Shown in pieces: positions 25,980 through 35,795 of a DNA stretch of 64,000 nt. Position numbers and translations under genes: made by a program. Origin of the DNA: an archaeon (lineage in GTDB: Archaea > Nanobdellota > Nanobdellia > Woesearchaeales > GW2011-AR15); contig JAZDLQ010000103.1 in NCBI GenBank assembly GCA_043801855.1, positions 1,834-65,833 of the forward strand, given 5' to 3'. Positions within the stretch are counted from its first letter, which is position 1. Every line of letters begins with the position of its first letter. The notes beneath the pieces are model-generated. The model did not search any database and had not been told where the DNA came from. It was given only the letters and a program-made list of their open reading frames with translations.

Positions 25980-27186
25980 ACGCGGGTCCAATGCCAGTGG
26001 TATCTATTCAGCAGCATTAGGTTATTATACTGTCGCCAGCGGTGGCTATGCAACCGCTATGGGTAATAGAAGCACAGCTAGTGGAATTTATTCAACAGCG
26101 ATGGGTAGTAATACAACAGCTAGCGCAGCAAGTTCAACAGCCATGGGCGGCGATACTATAGCTAGCGGTAATGTTTCAACAGCAATGGGCGGTTCAACTA
26201 CAGCGAGCGGCTTTCTTTCAACAGCCATGGGTTATTTTACTACAGCCAGTGGTTATGCTTCAACTGCGATGGGAGTTAGGACTAATGCCACAGGATATTA
26301 TTCAGTTGCAATGGGTTATGGAAGCAGTTCTAGCAGCTATGCTTCAATTGCAGTAGGATTTCAATCTAATGCTACAGGATATTATTCAACAGCAATGGGT
26401 GAAGTTACTGCAGCTAGCGGTTATGCTTCAACCACAATGGGCAGTAACACCAGAGCTAGTATGCCGTTCTCAACTGCAATGGGCTCTAATACTATCGCTA
26501 GCGGTGATTATTCAACTGCCATGGGATATGGGACTGAGGCAAGTGGAGATTATTCAACTACAGTTGGCTATAGAACAAATGCAAGCGGTCAATATTCCAC
26601 TGCGTTGGGATATGAAACTATTGCATCCGGATATGATTCTATTGCATTGGGCTATAAAACATTAGCCAACGAAAGTTACTCTTTCGCAATGGGAGATAGA
26701 ACCAATGCCACAGGAATTAATTCCATTGCAATGGGCACGGTAACTCAAGCAAGCGGATCTTACTCTACTGCCATTGGTTTTATATCTACTGCCAGCGGAC
26801 AGTCATCAACAGCTATTGGCAGGTATGTACATGCAAAAGGAGGATATTCAATTGCAATGGGATACGGTGCAAATGCAACAGCTGACTATTCATTTGCATG
26901 GGGAGGTCCTTCGTGTTATAATTTACCATCGAACTGCAGCAATACCAGAGAGGGTCTATTTGCAGTATATGGAGGCATGTGCATCGCAGATGCTAAAACT
27001 GTATGTCCTGACATTGATGATGGAGTAGCATTTGTTGATAAGGCATTCTTGTTAAATCCAAGAGCTACACCGCCTACAGGTGCTATGGAAGGAATGATGT
27101 ATTTTGATTCAGACATCCACAAGCCCTGCTATTTTAATTCAACTAATTGGGTGAGGTTTGAAAATTCAAGCTTAGTCTGTAGTTAA
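25579..27186 (+). CDS. Hep_Hag/YadA-head-like repeat protein (cassette 2, gene B)
   Basis: 535 aa. The first ~130 residues are nearly identical to those of 22875-24776. About 30 consecutive 14-residue repeats follow (ASG.YSTAMG..T.), then SFAWGGPSC...FAVYGGMCIADAKTVC and the tail GMMYFDSDIHKPCYFNSTNWV. Confidence 0.85.
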   Translation: MKIKYGLNFLSYLVTGLLIMSFVSGNIQTSLSDSGTGVRTISSGQLVSNTNLTVLIFTNPDGGTPVYNETFVNSIMNGSWGVMLGENPSIPLYLEFNRKYYKDYMINNENVSFTNLSGSTVDRQFFYSPMGEWGRGSNASGIYSAALGYYTVASGGYATAMGNRSTASGIYSTAMGSNTTASAASSTAMGGDTIASGNVSTAMGGSTTASGFLSTAMGYFTTASGYASTAMGVRTNATGYYSVAMGYGSSSSSYASIAVGFQSNATGYYSTAMGEVTAASGYASTTMGSNTRASMPFSTAMGSNTIASGDYSTAMGYGTEASGDYSTTVGYRTNASGQYSTALGYETIASGYDSIALGYKTLANESYSFAMGDRTNATGINSIAMGTVTQASGSYSTAIGFISTASGQSSTAIGRYVHAKGGYSIAMGYGANATADYSFAWGGPSCYNLPSNCSNTREGLFAVYGGMCIADAKTVCPDIDDGVAFVDKAFLLNPRATPPTGAMEGMMYFDSDIHKPCYFNSTNWVRFENSSLVCS

Positions 27187-27255
27187 AATCAATGAAATGA
27201 AAAAAAATATAAAGAAAAGCAATCAAAAAATGATAATAAGAGGGGAACTATTATA

Positions 27256-27993
27256 ATGAAAACCAATTCAATAGTTGTTTTAATACTATTTTGTATTATT
27301 TTTACTTCTTATGTTAATGCAATTCCGCAAATTCCAACAGTATATTACGGTGTTGTGAGCGAAGATGGAGGCCCATTACCTGGGAAGGAAGTTATTGTCA
27401 AGGATTCATTAGGAAACAATGTATATAGCACTGATTTGATTAGTGATGCAGACGGGATATACAAGGCCAATGTCTTATGGGATGACTCTGAAACAATAGA
27501 AGATGAAGGCGTTAGCGAAGGAGAAAAAATATCCTTTTATATTAATGGGAATAAAATCAAGGATTTGACTGTTGGGGCAAAAGGAGCTTTTATAGAAAAT
27601 GATTTGGCAATTACAGGCGAGGAAATCAGTTCTCCTTTGTTTGAGCGTCCAAAAAATAGAAATGGCGAAATATCTCAGAATGATGCTGATGAAGAAGGAG
27701 TTGCAGGAAATCAAATAGACGACACCGGGCAAGCATCTAATCCAACTCAGCCAGATAATGTTGATTTGTTGCAGCCGCCTGAATCAGAAGGAAGCGGACA
27801 AAAGACTACTGATAATAGCAATTCCAATGTAAATGCCATAATATCAGAGAAGGAGTTGGAAAAAATTGCAGAAGACAATAAAAAAGTGGGTCAATTAGGA
27901 AATATCTTGGTTATAGCAGGAATTGTTATTGTATTGTTAATTGCTATCATTTATGTAATAGGCATATTTTCAAAAAAGAGGGCGGAAAAATGA
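27256..27993 (+). CDS. Secreted beta-sandwich protein with acidic linker and C-terminal TM anchor
   Basis: 245 aa: signal peptide, the domain IPTVYYGVVSEDGGPLPGKEVIVKD...GEKISFYINGNKI, an acidic low-complexity linker, then the TM helix ILVIAGIVIVLLIAIIYVIGIF and a KKRAEK tail. Confidence 0.7.
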   Translation: MKTNSIVVLILFCIIFTSYVNAIPQIPTVYYGVVSEDGGPLPGKEVIVKDSLGNNVYSTDLISDADGIYKANVLWDDSETIEDEGVSEGEKISFYINGNKIKDLTVGAKGAFIENDLAITGEEISSPLFERPKNRNGEISQNDADEEGVAGNQIDDTGQASNPTQPDNVDLLQPPESEGSGQKTTDNSNSNVNAIISEKELEKIAEDNKKVGQLGNILVIAGIVIVLLIAIIYVIGIFSKKRAEK

Positions 27994-30900
27994 GTAAGAT
28001 AACTAAAAAATTGTTGATATCTGTTTTTGCAGCATTAATGTGTGTGTTGTTTGCATTTTATGCAACAGCAGCAGGGCCAGGCAGCCCAACAAACTACAAC
28101 GGTTATGCAACCTGTAACGGATATGAAATTCCTGCAGGTGCCATTATATGGATGGAATCAGAAGGCAGAAATGTCTCAACTGACGGCTGGACAGATACAA
28201 CCAATTTTACTTATTATGATCCTACTCAAGGAACTCCTACAGATCGGTATTTTCTTCATCTTCAGTGGAGAGATATTGGCGACCCTCTTTTATATTATGG
28301 AGCGGATGATGGAGATCCTGTAACTATTTATGTCAACGGGATAAATGCATCTCTTTTTACTGCTGATGATTCTCAATCATCTGTTTTATATAACCTGTCT
28401 TTTTCAGATAGTGTTTCTCCTTCAAATGTATCAACACTTAGTGCACAAGAGCTTGCCGTGCAAAACCAGTCTGTTATTAACATCTCCTTTTGGGGGACAC
28501 GGGATAATCTCTGGACTAATTTATATTATCTCGTATATAGAGGAACAAGTTCATCTGTTACATTTGCCGATGGAACAAGAATAAATGCAACTCTTTTTAA
28601 TGGAACAGGTAGAATAACTATCAATGATACACTCCCAGCAAGAGGACAAACGTATTATTATGCAGTATATGCAAATGATACCTCTGGCAATCTTGGCGCA
28701 AGGGCAATATCAAATGCAGTGTCCACAACAAACCTTGTTCCTGCTCAAGTTACAGGAGGCGCTGCAAGCAGCAACAACAACAGCCTGAATATCACATGGA
28801 CTGCAGTAACAACGCACAATAACGGAACAGGAATTGGAGGAGATTTAGTTGGATATCATGTTTATAAAAATGTAAGTGATGTCTGGGTTCTTACAACTAC
28901 TACAACAAATACTTTCTATTACAACAACAGCCTGACAAACAACCAGCCATACCAGTTCAAGGTTGCAGCTTATGATTTGGATTCAAACGAAGGCCAGAAT
29001 TCTTCTGTTATATCAGGAACGCCAAGCGAGAGGCCGACAATAACAATGACAAGCCCGGCAAATTATCTATTTATCCGCTCTGGTGTAAGCTTGAATTTTT
29101 CAGTAACTTCTGGTGCTCTTCAAAATGTCTGGTATTCTCCTAACGGCGGTGCAACAAATTCTACTTTTGTCTCTCCTTATGGAATTGATACAACAGCATG
29201 GACAAACACTCAAAGCTATATTGTTGTAGTTGGAGCAAATAACACAAATGGCCAAAGCACAGTTGAAACATATAATGTAACAATTGATAATAATAAGCCA
29301 ACAGTCACAAACCTTGCAGTAAATGATTCTGATTCTATTGTTTCGTCAGGCGTTTCAATAAGGATTAATGTAACTTCAATTGATTTATCTCCATTTACTT
29401 CAATTCTAGTTGGAAACTCTACTATGGTAACTATGGCTCAGCTATCTGGAAACCATTATACAGCAATTACAACAGCATCTACACTTGGATGCCCAGGTAC
29501 AAACCAAGGTTGCAGAGTCATTGTTAATGCAACAGATTATGCTGGCAATTCAAATGATACTATTGCCCTATTTTTTACTGTTGATAATATTGCACCAACT
29601 GTTTCAAATCCATATGTAGTAGGCGGCTTAATCAACACAACTGATGATCTAGTCAGAGAAAACGATACAATCTCGGTTAATGTAACAGTTACAGACTCAA
29701 ATGCAATTTCATCAGTTTCAGTAAACAGCCAGCCAATGAATAGTGTAGGAAACAATAAATACAATTATACTGGAAGCGCGCTTGCTCTTTGCGGTGCATC
29801 TGATGGCACATGTACACTGACTTTTGTTGCAACAGATGTTGTTGGTAATATTAACAGCACAACAACAAAGGCAATCACAGTTGATGATTCTGCGCCAACT
29901 ATATCCTCTGTAACTATTTCAGATAATTACATTAGCAATAACACGAATGTTACTGTTACTGTTGCAGTTACCGATTCATTAACTGCAGTGCATAATGTAT
30001 CAGTTGAAGGAGTATTACTGACAAGCCAGGGAGGCGGTGTCTGGAATGGAACGCTTAATTTAACTGATGAAACAGTGGACGCAGTTGATGTTGCTGCATT
30101 TGATATTGTTGGAAACTCGGATACTGACAGCGCAACAACTTATACTATGGATAATACTGCCCCCTACATTAATTCAATTATTTTATCTGATTATTATGTC
30201 AGGAGCGGAACACCAGTTACAGTTACTATAAATGTAACAGATAATGCAATTAATACTGTGACAGCTGAGGGTGTAACACTCAATAACAGTGGTGATATAT
30301 GGTCGGGAATTATTACTTTGGCGCTGGGAGGGTCTCCAATTAATGTTGTTGCAATAGATAATGCAAGCAACCAAAGGACAAATAATTCAATAGGATTTTC
30401 AACAGATGATATCTCTCCTTACTATAACTCAATTGCTTTGTCTGATTCTTACGTCAGGCCAGGAGCAACAGTTACAATTACAGCAAATATTACTGAGAAT
30501 CATATGACAAGTGTCACTGCTGATGGAACATCACTGTCAAACAGCACAGCAGATATATGGACAGGAAGCATAACTCTTGGAGATGCAAGCGGTTACGTAA
30601 CTTTAGTTGCAACTGATGATGCAGGAAATACGAATACTAGTGTTTTTACAACATATACAATTGATTCTACAGCGCCAACATTTTCAATAACAACTCCAGA
30701 AGCTGACGGGATATATACAAATGCAGACGGAAACATTACTTTTAGCTTCATTGTTTATGACGCAAATATATCAAAAGTCAATGTATCTATAGATAATGGG
30801 CTTTATATGTATGGCAACACTACAAATGGAACACATATAGTGCAATTTACAGGGCTTTTAGCTGGCGAGCATTCGGCAGTATTTAGCGCAAGTGATGAAG

Positions 30901-33041
30901 CAGGCAACAATGCAACAGAGGTCACAAGAGCATTTACTATTGTTGCGCCTTTAAACCTAACAGAGTACACTTTGGATCTTGACACAAGCTTAGGCTCTCC
31001 TGTAAGAAGCATTAATTTTTCTTTAGGTGGAGTACAGGTGACAAATAATGAGTCAATATCTGCAAATAATACTTTTGCACTGGCAATAGAACTAAATGCA
31101 TCAAATATTATTGTCAATGTTGAGATTCCGCAGTTCAGCGGCCTTGATGCAGTTTGGGAAAGAACATTTTTACTTAATGTAAATGCAACATCAGCAAGCG
31201 GCCTTGAAGTTGCAGAAAACTCAGGCTTAACATTGTCAGCAATGGTTTTATTTGTTAACACAACAGATTTCCTTGATGATGAAGACTATTTAACAGGAGC
31301 AAGAATCACATTCAATAGAAGCTTAAATGATTTAGATGTGCTTTATATTGCAGACGATTCTGGAGAAACAATATATGTTTTGAGTGCATGCGATAGCGTT
31401 CCAAACAGCACAATTACATTAGCCAATATGTGCTACGCTAATACATCTTCAAATATTACTCTTTACGTGCCGCATTTTTCAGGAGGAGCTCTTGGAAATG
31501 ATACAGTATCGCCGCAGATAACAATGAATGAGCCGGTTGCAGGAGCAATTGCAAACAGCTATTTCCTGTACAATATAACTGTTAATGAGGCAAATCCAAC
31601 AGATACAGGAGTATTCTGCTGGTATATTTTCAATGGTACAGATACACAATACAATCTGACGCTTGCTGATTTTACCGAGACAGGAACTGAGTACAAGTAT
31701 GCAATGGATTCTAGATTCTATAACATAACAAATGGTTCATATAAAGTGACAACAAACTGCACAGATTTAAAAAACCAAACTGAACAAAATGTAACTATAA
31801 TTACAATTGCAGATTCAACAGCTGCCAGAATGAGCTATGGAAATCCTTCTGTAAGCACAACAACAGCATCAATTATTGTAGGTTCAAATTATACCTATGA
31901 CCTGGTCAATTACACAATGACATACGGGACAAATGCAAGCAGCCTGACTGTAAATAAAAACTCAACATCATATGATGACTCATTTATATTATCGCTTACA
32001 GGACTCAGTGCGTCAACAAAATACTATTACAATTTTACAGCCTGTGATATTAACGGAAATTGTGTGCAGACAGTTGTATGGAATTTTACAACATCAGTTG
32101 TTGTTGCAGAAGAGGATGATTCTCCTACTGGAGGTTCAAGTTCAAGGCCACCAGGGGATAGTTCTTCACTAGCAAATCTCAAAGCAGTTGCATCATGGAG
32201 CAATGTTGTTCCAAATACACCATACAAAATGAATGTGACAAATGTAAATATTCCGCTAAGACTAGTAACTTTTGAAGTTGAAGAAGGTTATCCGCTTTTG
32301 ACACTTAAATTAACTGGCCATGATAGTAATCCTTCTGTTGAAACTGGACTCCTTGTATATAAGTACTTTGAGGCAGCAAAAACTCCAGTTGGTGCAAACC
32401 TTCGAATGGTTCTATTCAGGTTTAGTGTTGAAAAAACTTGGATTGCAGAAAAACAAGTTGCTAAAGAAAGAATTGTACTGCTTCATTACAATAATGTATG
32501 GGAGGAATTAACTACTAAACAAACAGGAGAAGATAGTGGAAATGTCTATTATGAAGCGTATGTTTCGGAATTTAGCTATTTTGCAATTGCAGTAAAGGCA
32601 GCTGAAGCACCACTAATTGTTGCACCAGTAGAACAGCAGCCTCCAGTTGCAACGCCACCAGCAGCAACGCAGCCTCCGGCTACGCAGCCTCCTGTTCAAA
32701 GAGAGCCTCCGGCAACTGAGAAAAAACAGTCAGACGTATCATTTAATACAATTATAGTAATAATTGTGCTGGCTTGTTTTGCAGGAGCAGGAGCAATATT
32801 TATTATAGCAAATAAATTAAAAAATCTGAAACAGATAATGAAAGAACACGGAGTGCACGAGCCGCATGGTGATACGGAAAAGCTTGAAAATTATGTCTCA
32901 AAAGCATTAGATTCAGGCCATCATCATGAGACAGTAAGTAAGCACTTGGTCAAGCACGGCTGGGATAAAGAAGTTGTTGAGAAAACAGTCCACAAAGTTA
33001 AACAGGAAAAAGAATCGCAGAAACAAACTTTGAAAAAATAA
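27990..33041 (+). CDS. Large C-terminally anchored surface glycoprotein candidate: FN3 domains, Ig-like repeats, PGF-pre-PGF-like domain, Pro-rich stalk, TM helix, His-rich cytoplasmic tail
   Basis: 1683 aa. Elements in order: signal peptide; FN3-like segments (LNITWTAV...GYHVYKN...YQFKVAAYDLDSNEG); at least five repeats starting (V/I)D(N/D)xAPx(I/V); the segment FRFSVEKTWIAEK...IVLLHYNNVWEELTT...YYEAYVSEFSYFAIAV; the linker QQPPVATPPAATQPPATQPPVQREPP; the TM helix IIVIIVLACFAGAGAIFIIA; and a tail containing HGVHEPHGD and SGHHHE. Its start overlaps the upstream stop (ATGA). Confidence 0.85.
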   Translation: MSKITKKLLISVFAALMCVLFAFYATAAGPGSPTNYNGYATCNGYEIPAGAIIWMESEGRNVSTDGWTDTTNFTYYDPTQGTPTDRYFLHLQWRDIGDPLLYYGADDGDPVTIYVNGINASLFTADDSQSSVLYNLSFSDSVSPSNVSTLSAQELAVQNQSVINISFWGTRDNLWTNLYYLVYRGTSSSVTFADGTRINATLFNGTGRITINDTLPARGQTYYYAVYANDTSGNLGARAISNAVSTTNLVPAQVTGGAASSNNNSLNITWTAVTTHNNGTGIGGDLVGYHVYKNVSDVWVLTTTTTNTFYYNNSLTNNQPYQFKVAAYDLDSNEGQNSSVISGTPSERPTITMTSPANYLFIRSGVSLNFSVTSGALQNVWYSPNGGATNSTFVSPYGIDTTAWTNTQSYIVVVGANNTNGQSTVETYNVTIDNNKPTVTNLAVNDSDSIVSSGVSIRINVTSIDLSPFTSILVGNSTMVTMAQLSGNHYTAITTASTLGCPGTNQGCRVIVNATDYAGNSNDTIALFFTVDNIAPTVSNPYVVGGLINTTDDLVRENDTISVNVTVTDSNAISSVSVNSQPMNSVGNNKYNYTGSALALCGASDGTCTLTFVATDVVGNINSTTTKAITVDDSAPTISSVTISDNYISNNTNVTVTVAVTDSLTAVHNVSVEGVLLTSQGGGVWNGTLNLTDETVDAVDVAAFDIVGNSDTDSATTYTMDNTAPYINSIILSDYYVRSGTPVTVTINVTDNAINTVTAEGVTLNNSGDIWSGIITLALGGSPINVVAIDNASNQRTNNSIGFSTDDISPYYNSIALSDSYVRPGATVTITANITENHMTSVTADGTSLSNSTADIWTGSITLGDASGYVTLVATDDAGNTNTSVFTTYTIDSTAPTFSITTPEADGIYTNADGNITFSFIVYDANISKVNVSIDNGLYMYGNTTNGTHIVQFTGLLAGEHSAVFSASDEAGNNATEVTRAFTIVAPLNLTEYTLDLDTSLGSPVRSINFSLGGVQVTNNESISANNTFALAIELNASNIIVNVEIPQFSGLDAVWERTFLLNVNATSASGLEVAENSGLTLSAMVLFVNTTDFLDDEDYLTGARITFNRSLNDLDVLYIADDSGETIYVLSACDSVPNSTITLANMCYANTSSNITLYVPHFSGGALGNDTVSPQITMNEPVAGAIANSYFLYNITVNEANPTDTGVFCWYIFNGTDTQYNLTLADFTETGTEYKYAMDSRFYNITNGSYKVTTNCTDLKNQTEQNVTIITIADSTAARMSYGNPSVSTTTASIIVGSNYTYDLVNYTMTYGTNASSLTVNKNSTSYDDSFILSLTGLSASTKYYYNFTACDINGNCVQTVVWNFTTSVVVAEEDDSPTGGSSSRPPGDSSSLANLKAVASWSNVVPNTPYKMNVTNVNIPLRLVTFEVEEGYPLLTLKLTGHDSNPSVETGLLVYKYFEAAKTPVGANLRMVLFRFSVEKTWIAEKQVAKERIVLLHYNNVWEELTTKQTGEDSGNVYYEAYVSEFSYFAIAVKAAEAPLIVAPVEQQPPVATPPAATQPPATQPPVQREPPATEKKQSDVSFNTIIVIIVLACFAGAGAIFIIANKLKNLKQIMKEHGVHEPHGDTEKLENYVSKALDSGHHHETVSKHLVKHGWDKEVVEKTVHKVKQEKESQKQTLKK

Positions 33042-33066
33042 TTTTTTCTTATTTTATTTTCTTTTT
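33042..33066 (+). terminator. Oligo-T tract (candidate archaeal terminator) after the surface-protein operon
   Basis: TTTTTTCTTATTTTATTTTCTTTTT lies immediately after the TAA at 33039-33041. Archaeal termination typically uses T-runs. Confidence 0.4.
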
Positions 33067-33110
33067 CGTAAAAAAGATGCAAATCTTTTGATAATACAGA
33101 AATCCGATTG

Positions 33111-33120
33111 ATATAAATAT
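33111..33120 (+). promoter_or_regulatory. TATA-like element (ATATAAATAT) upstream of the first gene of the glycan island
   Basis: Centred about 30 nt upstream of the ATG at 33145. Confidence 0.4.
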
Positions 33121-33144
33121 TAATGAAATTTCTATGTATTTATA

Positions 33145-33849
33145 ATGAATAAAAAAAAGATGGCGATTTTATCAATTATTTCTCTTTTTATATTTAATAT
33201 TATTTCAATTGTCTTGGGTAAATCTAACATATATTTAGGAATAGCGCTTATTTTTTGCATATTATATCTTATTGGAATTGTCTTTAAAAGAACAGTTATT
33301 AAAAATAAATTTGGAGCATTTTGGCTTTTAGCTTATGCCTATTTGCTGATATTTATACCTATTCTATTATCTTATTTTAAAATAATAAAATCTAATGAAT
33401 TCTTGTTTTTGTTTTTCATATTTTTTAGTGTTATTGCTTATGAACTTGAAATTGATCCAAGGTATTCAATAGTAATGGCTCTTTTAATGCTTTGGCTTGC
33501 CCCATTTTTAATGTCATTTGGTATGAGCGCATTAGCAGAAGAGACAGCAATAATTGTTTACTATTTTTTAATATGCGCTCTGGCATTGCAGGTAATTCAA
33601 TTCAGGCAAAATTCAAAAATCAATATTGACCTTGATAAAATCAAGCTTATATTTATACGAAAGAATAATCTTTATTATGCGGTTTTCTGGCTGATCTTTT
33701 ATTTTATCGCAGGATATTTTTTGCTAAGCCCTATATCATTAGCTCTTAGCCTGTATTTTAGCACAGTGTTTGGATTTTTTTATGGCGCAAGGCTTTTGTT
33801 GAAACATGATACTAAAAAAAGCATTTGGAAAGGACTCGACACTTATTAA
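33145..33849 (+). CDS. Hypothetical polytopic membrane protein
   Basis: 234 aa with about seven hydrophobic helices and no recognisable motif. It is the first gene of the same-strand glycan cluster. Confidence 0.6.
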   Translation: MNKKKMAILSIISLFIFNIISIVLGKSNIYLGIALIFCILYLIGIVFKRTVIKNKFGAFWLLAYAYLLIFIPILLSYFKIIKSNEFLFLFFIFFSVIAYELEIDPRYSIVMALLMLWLAPFLMSFGMSALAEETAIIVYYFLICALALQVIQFRQNSKINIDLDKIKLIFIRKNNLYYAVFWLIFYFIAGYFLLSPISLALSLYFSTVFGFFYGARLLLKHDTKKSIWKGLDTY

Positions 33850-35068
33850 GGCTGGAGCCATATTTTTTATTGCATCTGTGCTTGGCGCTGCACTTAATTA
33901 CCTGTATCACTTAATCATTGGAAGGATGCTTGGCCCTGAAAAATATGGGGTATTAGGAAGCCTATTTGCAATCATATATTTTATCACTTTTTTTTCAGCC
34001 ACCTTTAACGTGGTTATCTCGAAATTTTCATCACATTTCAGCGGAAAAAGCGAGATTAGGCGCTTGAAGCACCTAATAATAGGTGCAGCTGGAAAAATCG
34101 CGCTTTATGGGAGCTTATTACTTGTCATTTATATCTTATTCAGCCCTCAGATAGCGCATTTTATGAATATAAGCGATATTAACGGAATCATTATTGTTGG
34201 TGTAATGGCTTATTTTTCAGTAATTTTCTCAATTCTTATTGGCGCATTAAACGGCATGCAGCGTTTTGTTTGGCAAAACATATCTTCTTTTAGCGCAGTT
34301 TTCCTAAAATTCTCTTTAGGAGTCTTTTTTGTATATATTGGGTTTGGAGTATTGGGAGCACTGGCTGCAGTTCTTATTGGGATTGTTGTTGGGATAATGG
34401 TTGCAATAATTCCTCTATTTTTAATGCTGCGAAAAATAAAGGCAGAAAAATTTGACTCTAAAAGCCTGTATTTGTTTGCACTCCCTGTCTTTATTTCTTC
34501 ATCATTATTGTCTTTTATGATAACAATAGATGTCTTTTTGGTCAAGCATTTTTTTAGCTCAGCTGATGCCGGCCACTATGCAGCGGCAGGAATGGTTGCA
34601 AAAATCATCTGGTTTGGAAGCGGATTTTTTGCGTCTCCGATTTTTCCGATGATAGTTGAGCTAAAAGCTAAGAAAAAAGACCCCTCAAAAATATTAAGGA
34701 AAGCGCTTGCCTATACAGCAATCATTGCTGCGATAGGGATAACTGCATATTATGCAGCGCCAATTTTAATTGTTTCCACGCTTTATGGAGCTGAGTATCT
34801 GGCAATTGCTGAGTATATATGGATATTTGGCTTTGCGCTGGGCATTTATTCTATTATCAATGTGCTCGTTTTGTATAATTTAGCAATTGAAAAGTATAAA
34901 TACATCTTCATATTGTTTATTGCTGCTATTATTGAGTGCACAGGAATATATTTATTCCATAGCGAATTAATTGATGTAGTAAAAATAGTGCTTGCAGCAA
35001 ATATTTTTTTGCTTTTGGGTTTGCTTTTTATCAATCGAAAGGACATTGGGGTTAAAATTGCGCAATAA
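33806..35068 (+). CDS. Wzx-like oligosaccharide flippase (MOP superfamily polysaccharide biosynthesis protein)
   Basis: 420 aa with about 12 TM helices. The N-terminal pattern KAGAIFFIASVLGAALNYLYHLIIGRMLGPEKYGVLG is typical of polysaccharide-export flippases. Confidence 0.7.
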   Translation: MILKKAFGKDSTLIKAGAIFFIASVLGAALNYLYHLIIGRMLGPEKYGVLGSLFAIIYFITFFSATFNVVISKFSSHFSGKSEIRRLKHLIIGAAGKIALYGSLLLVIYILFSPQIAHFMNISDINGIIIVGVMAYFSVIFSILIGALNGMQRFVWQNISSFSAVFLKFSLGVFFVYIGFGVLGALAAVLIGIVVGIMVAIIPLFLMLRKIKAEKFDSKSLYLFALPVFISSSLLSFMITIDVFLVKHFFSSADAGHYAAAGMVAKIIWFGSGFFASPIFPMIVELKAKKKDPSKILRKALAYTAIIAAIGITAYYAAPILIVSTLYGAEYLAIAEYIWIFGFALGIYSIINVLVLYNLAIEKYKYIFILFIAAIIECTGIYLFHSELIDVVKIVLAANIFLLLGLLFINRKDIGVKIAQ

Positions 35069-35795
35069 AAAGTTATCAGTGATTGTTCCTGTTTTTAAGG
35101 GAGGAAAATTTATTGAAGAAAATCTTTCTATTATGAAAAAAAGCTTTAGTGAGCAATTTGCGAATACTGAAATAATTGCTGTGATTGATGGTTCAACTGA
35201 CGACTCGTTATCGCAGGCTAAAAAAGTTGAAGGAATAAAAGTTGTCGGCTATACCAAGAATATGGGAAAAGGCTATGCCCTAAAATATGGGTTTAAGCAT
35301 GCAACTGGCGATTTTATCACATTCATTGATTGCGATATGAACCTGCATCCAAAGCAGCTTAGAAATTTTGTTCCTTATTTGTCAACCGCAGATATTGTTA
35401 TTGGAAGCAAAAGGCATCCTTTTTCCAAAGTGAATTATCCACTTACTAGAAAAATACTAAGCAAGGGATTTCAGCTTTATTCTTGGCTTGTTTTAGGCGT
35501 CAGCCTTCGCGATACACAATCTGGCTTAAAAATAATGAAACGAGAGGCTTTAGAAGTATTGCTGCCTCTTGTTGTCGTCAAAAGATATGCATTTGACTTA
35601 GAGCTAATGTTCTTAGCGCAAATGCATGGATTTAGGACTGTTGAAGCCCCAATACTCCTTAATTATGACAGGGAAATGCCATCAACTGTTGATTTAAAAG
35701 CAGCGTACGGGATGTTTATGGATGTTCTTGCCATCAGGTACCGGTTCTCCTTCACTAAATATTATCAAAAGCAATATCACAATCAATTCAAATGA
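35058..35795 (+). CDS. Family 2 glycosyltransferase (dolichyl-phosphate-sugar synthase-like)
   Basis: LSVIVPVFKGGKFIEE, VIDGSTDDS, FIDCDM and the SGLKIMKRE segment. I place the start at the TTG at 35058; the track ATG at 34992 would overlap the flippase by 77 nt. The start is uncertain. Confidence 0.8.
   Translation: MRNKKLSVIVPVFKGGKFIEENLSIMKKSFSEQFANTEIIAVIDGSTDDSLSQAKKVEGIKVVGYTKNMGKGYALKYGFKHATGDFITFIDCDMNLHPKQLRNFVPYLSTADIVIGSKRHPFSKVNYPLTRKILSKGFQLYSWLVLGVSLRDTQSGLKIMKREALEVLLPLVVVKRYAFDLELMFLAQMHGFRTVEAPILLNYDREMPSTVDLKAAYGMFMDVLAIRYRFSFTKYYQKQYHNQFK

Noticed and set aside
21664-27186. Looked for a diversity-generating retroelement (template/variable repeat pair) in the adhesin cassettes
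   Set aside because: Differences between the duplicated segments are not concentrated at adenines, no reverse transcriptase or accessory gene is present in the window, and the similar segment covers the conserved rather than the variable part.
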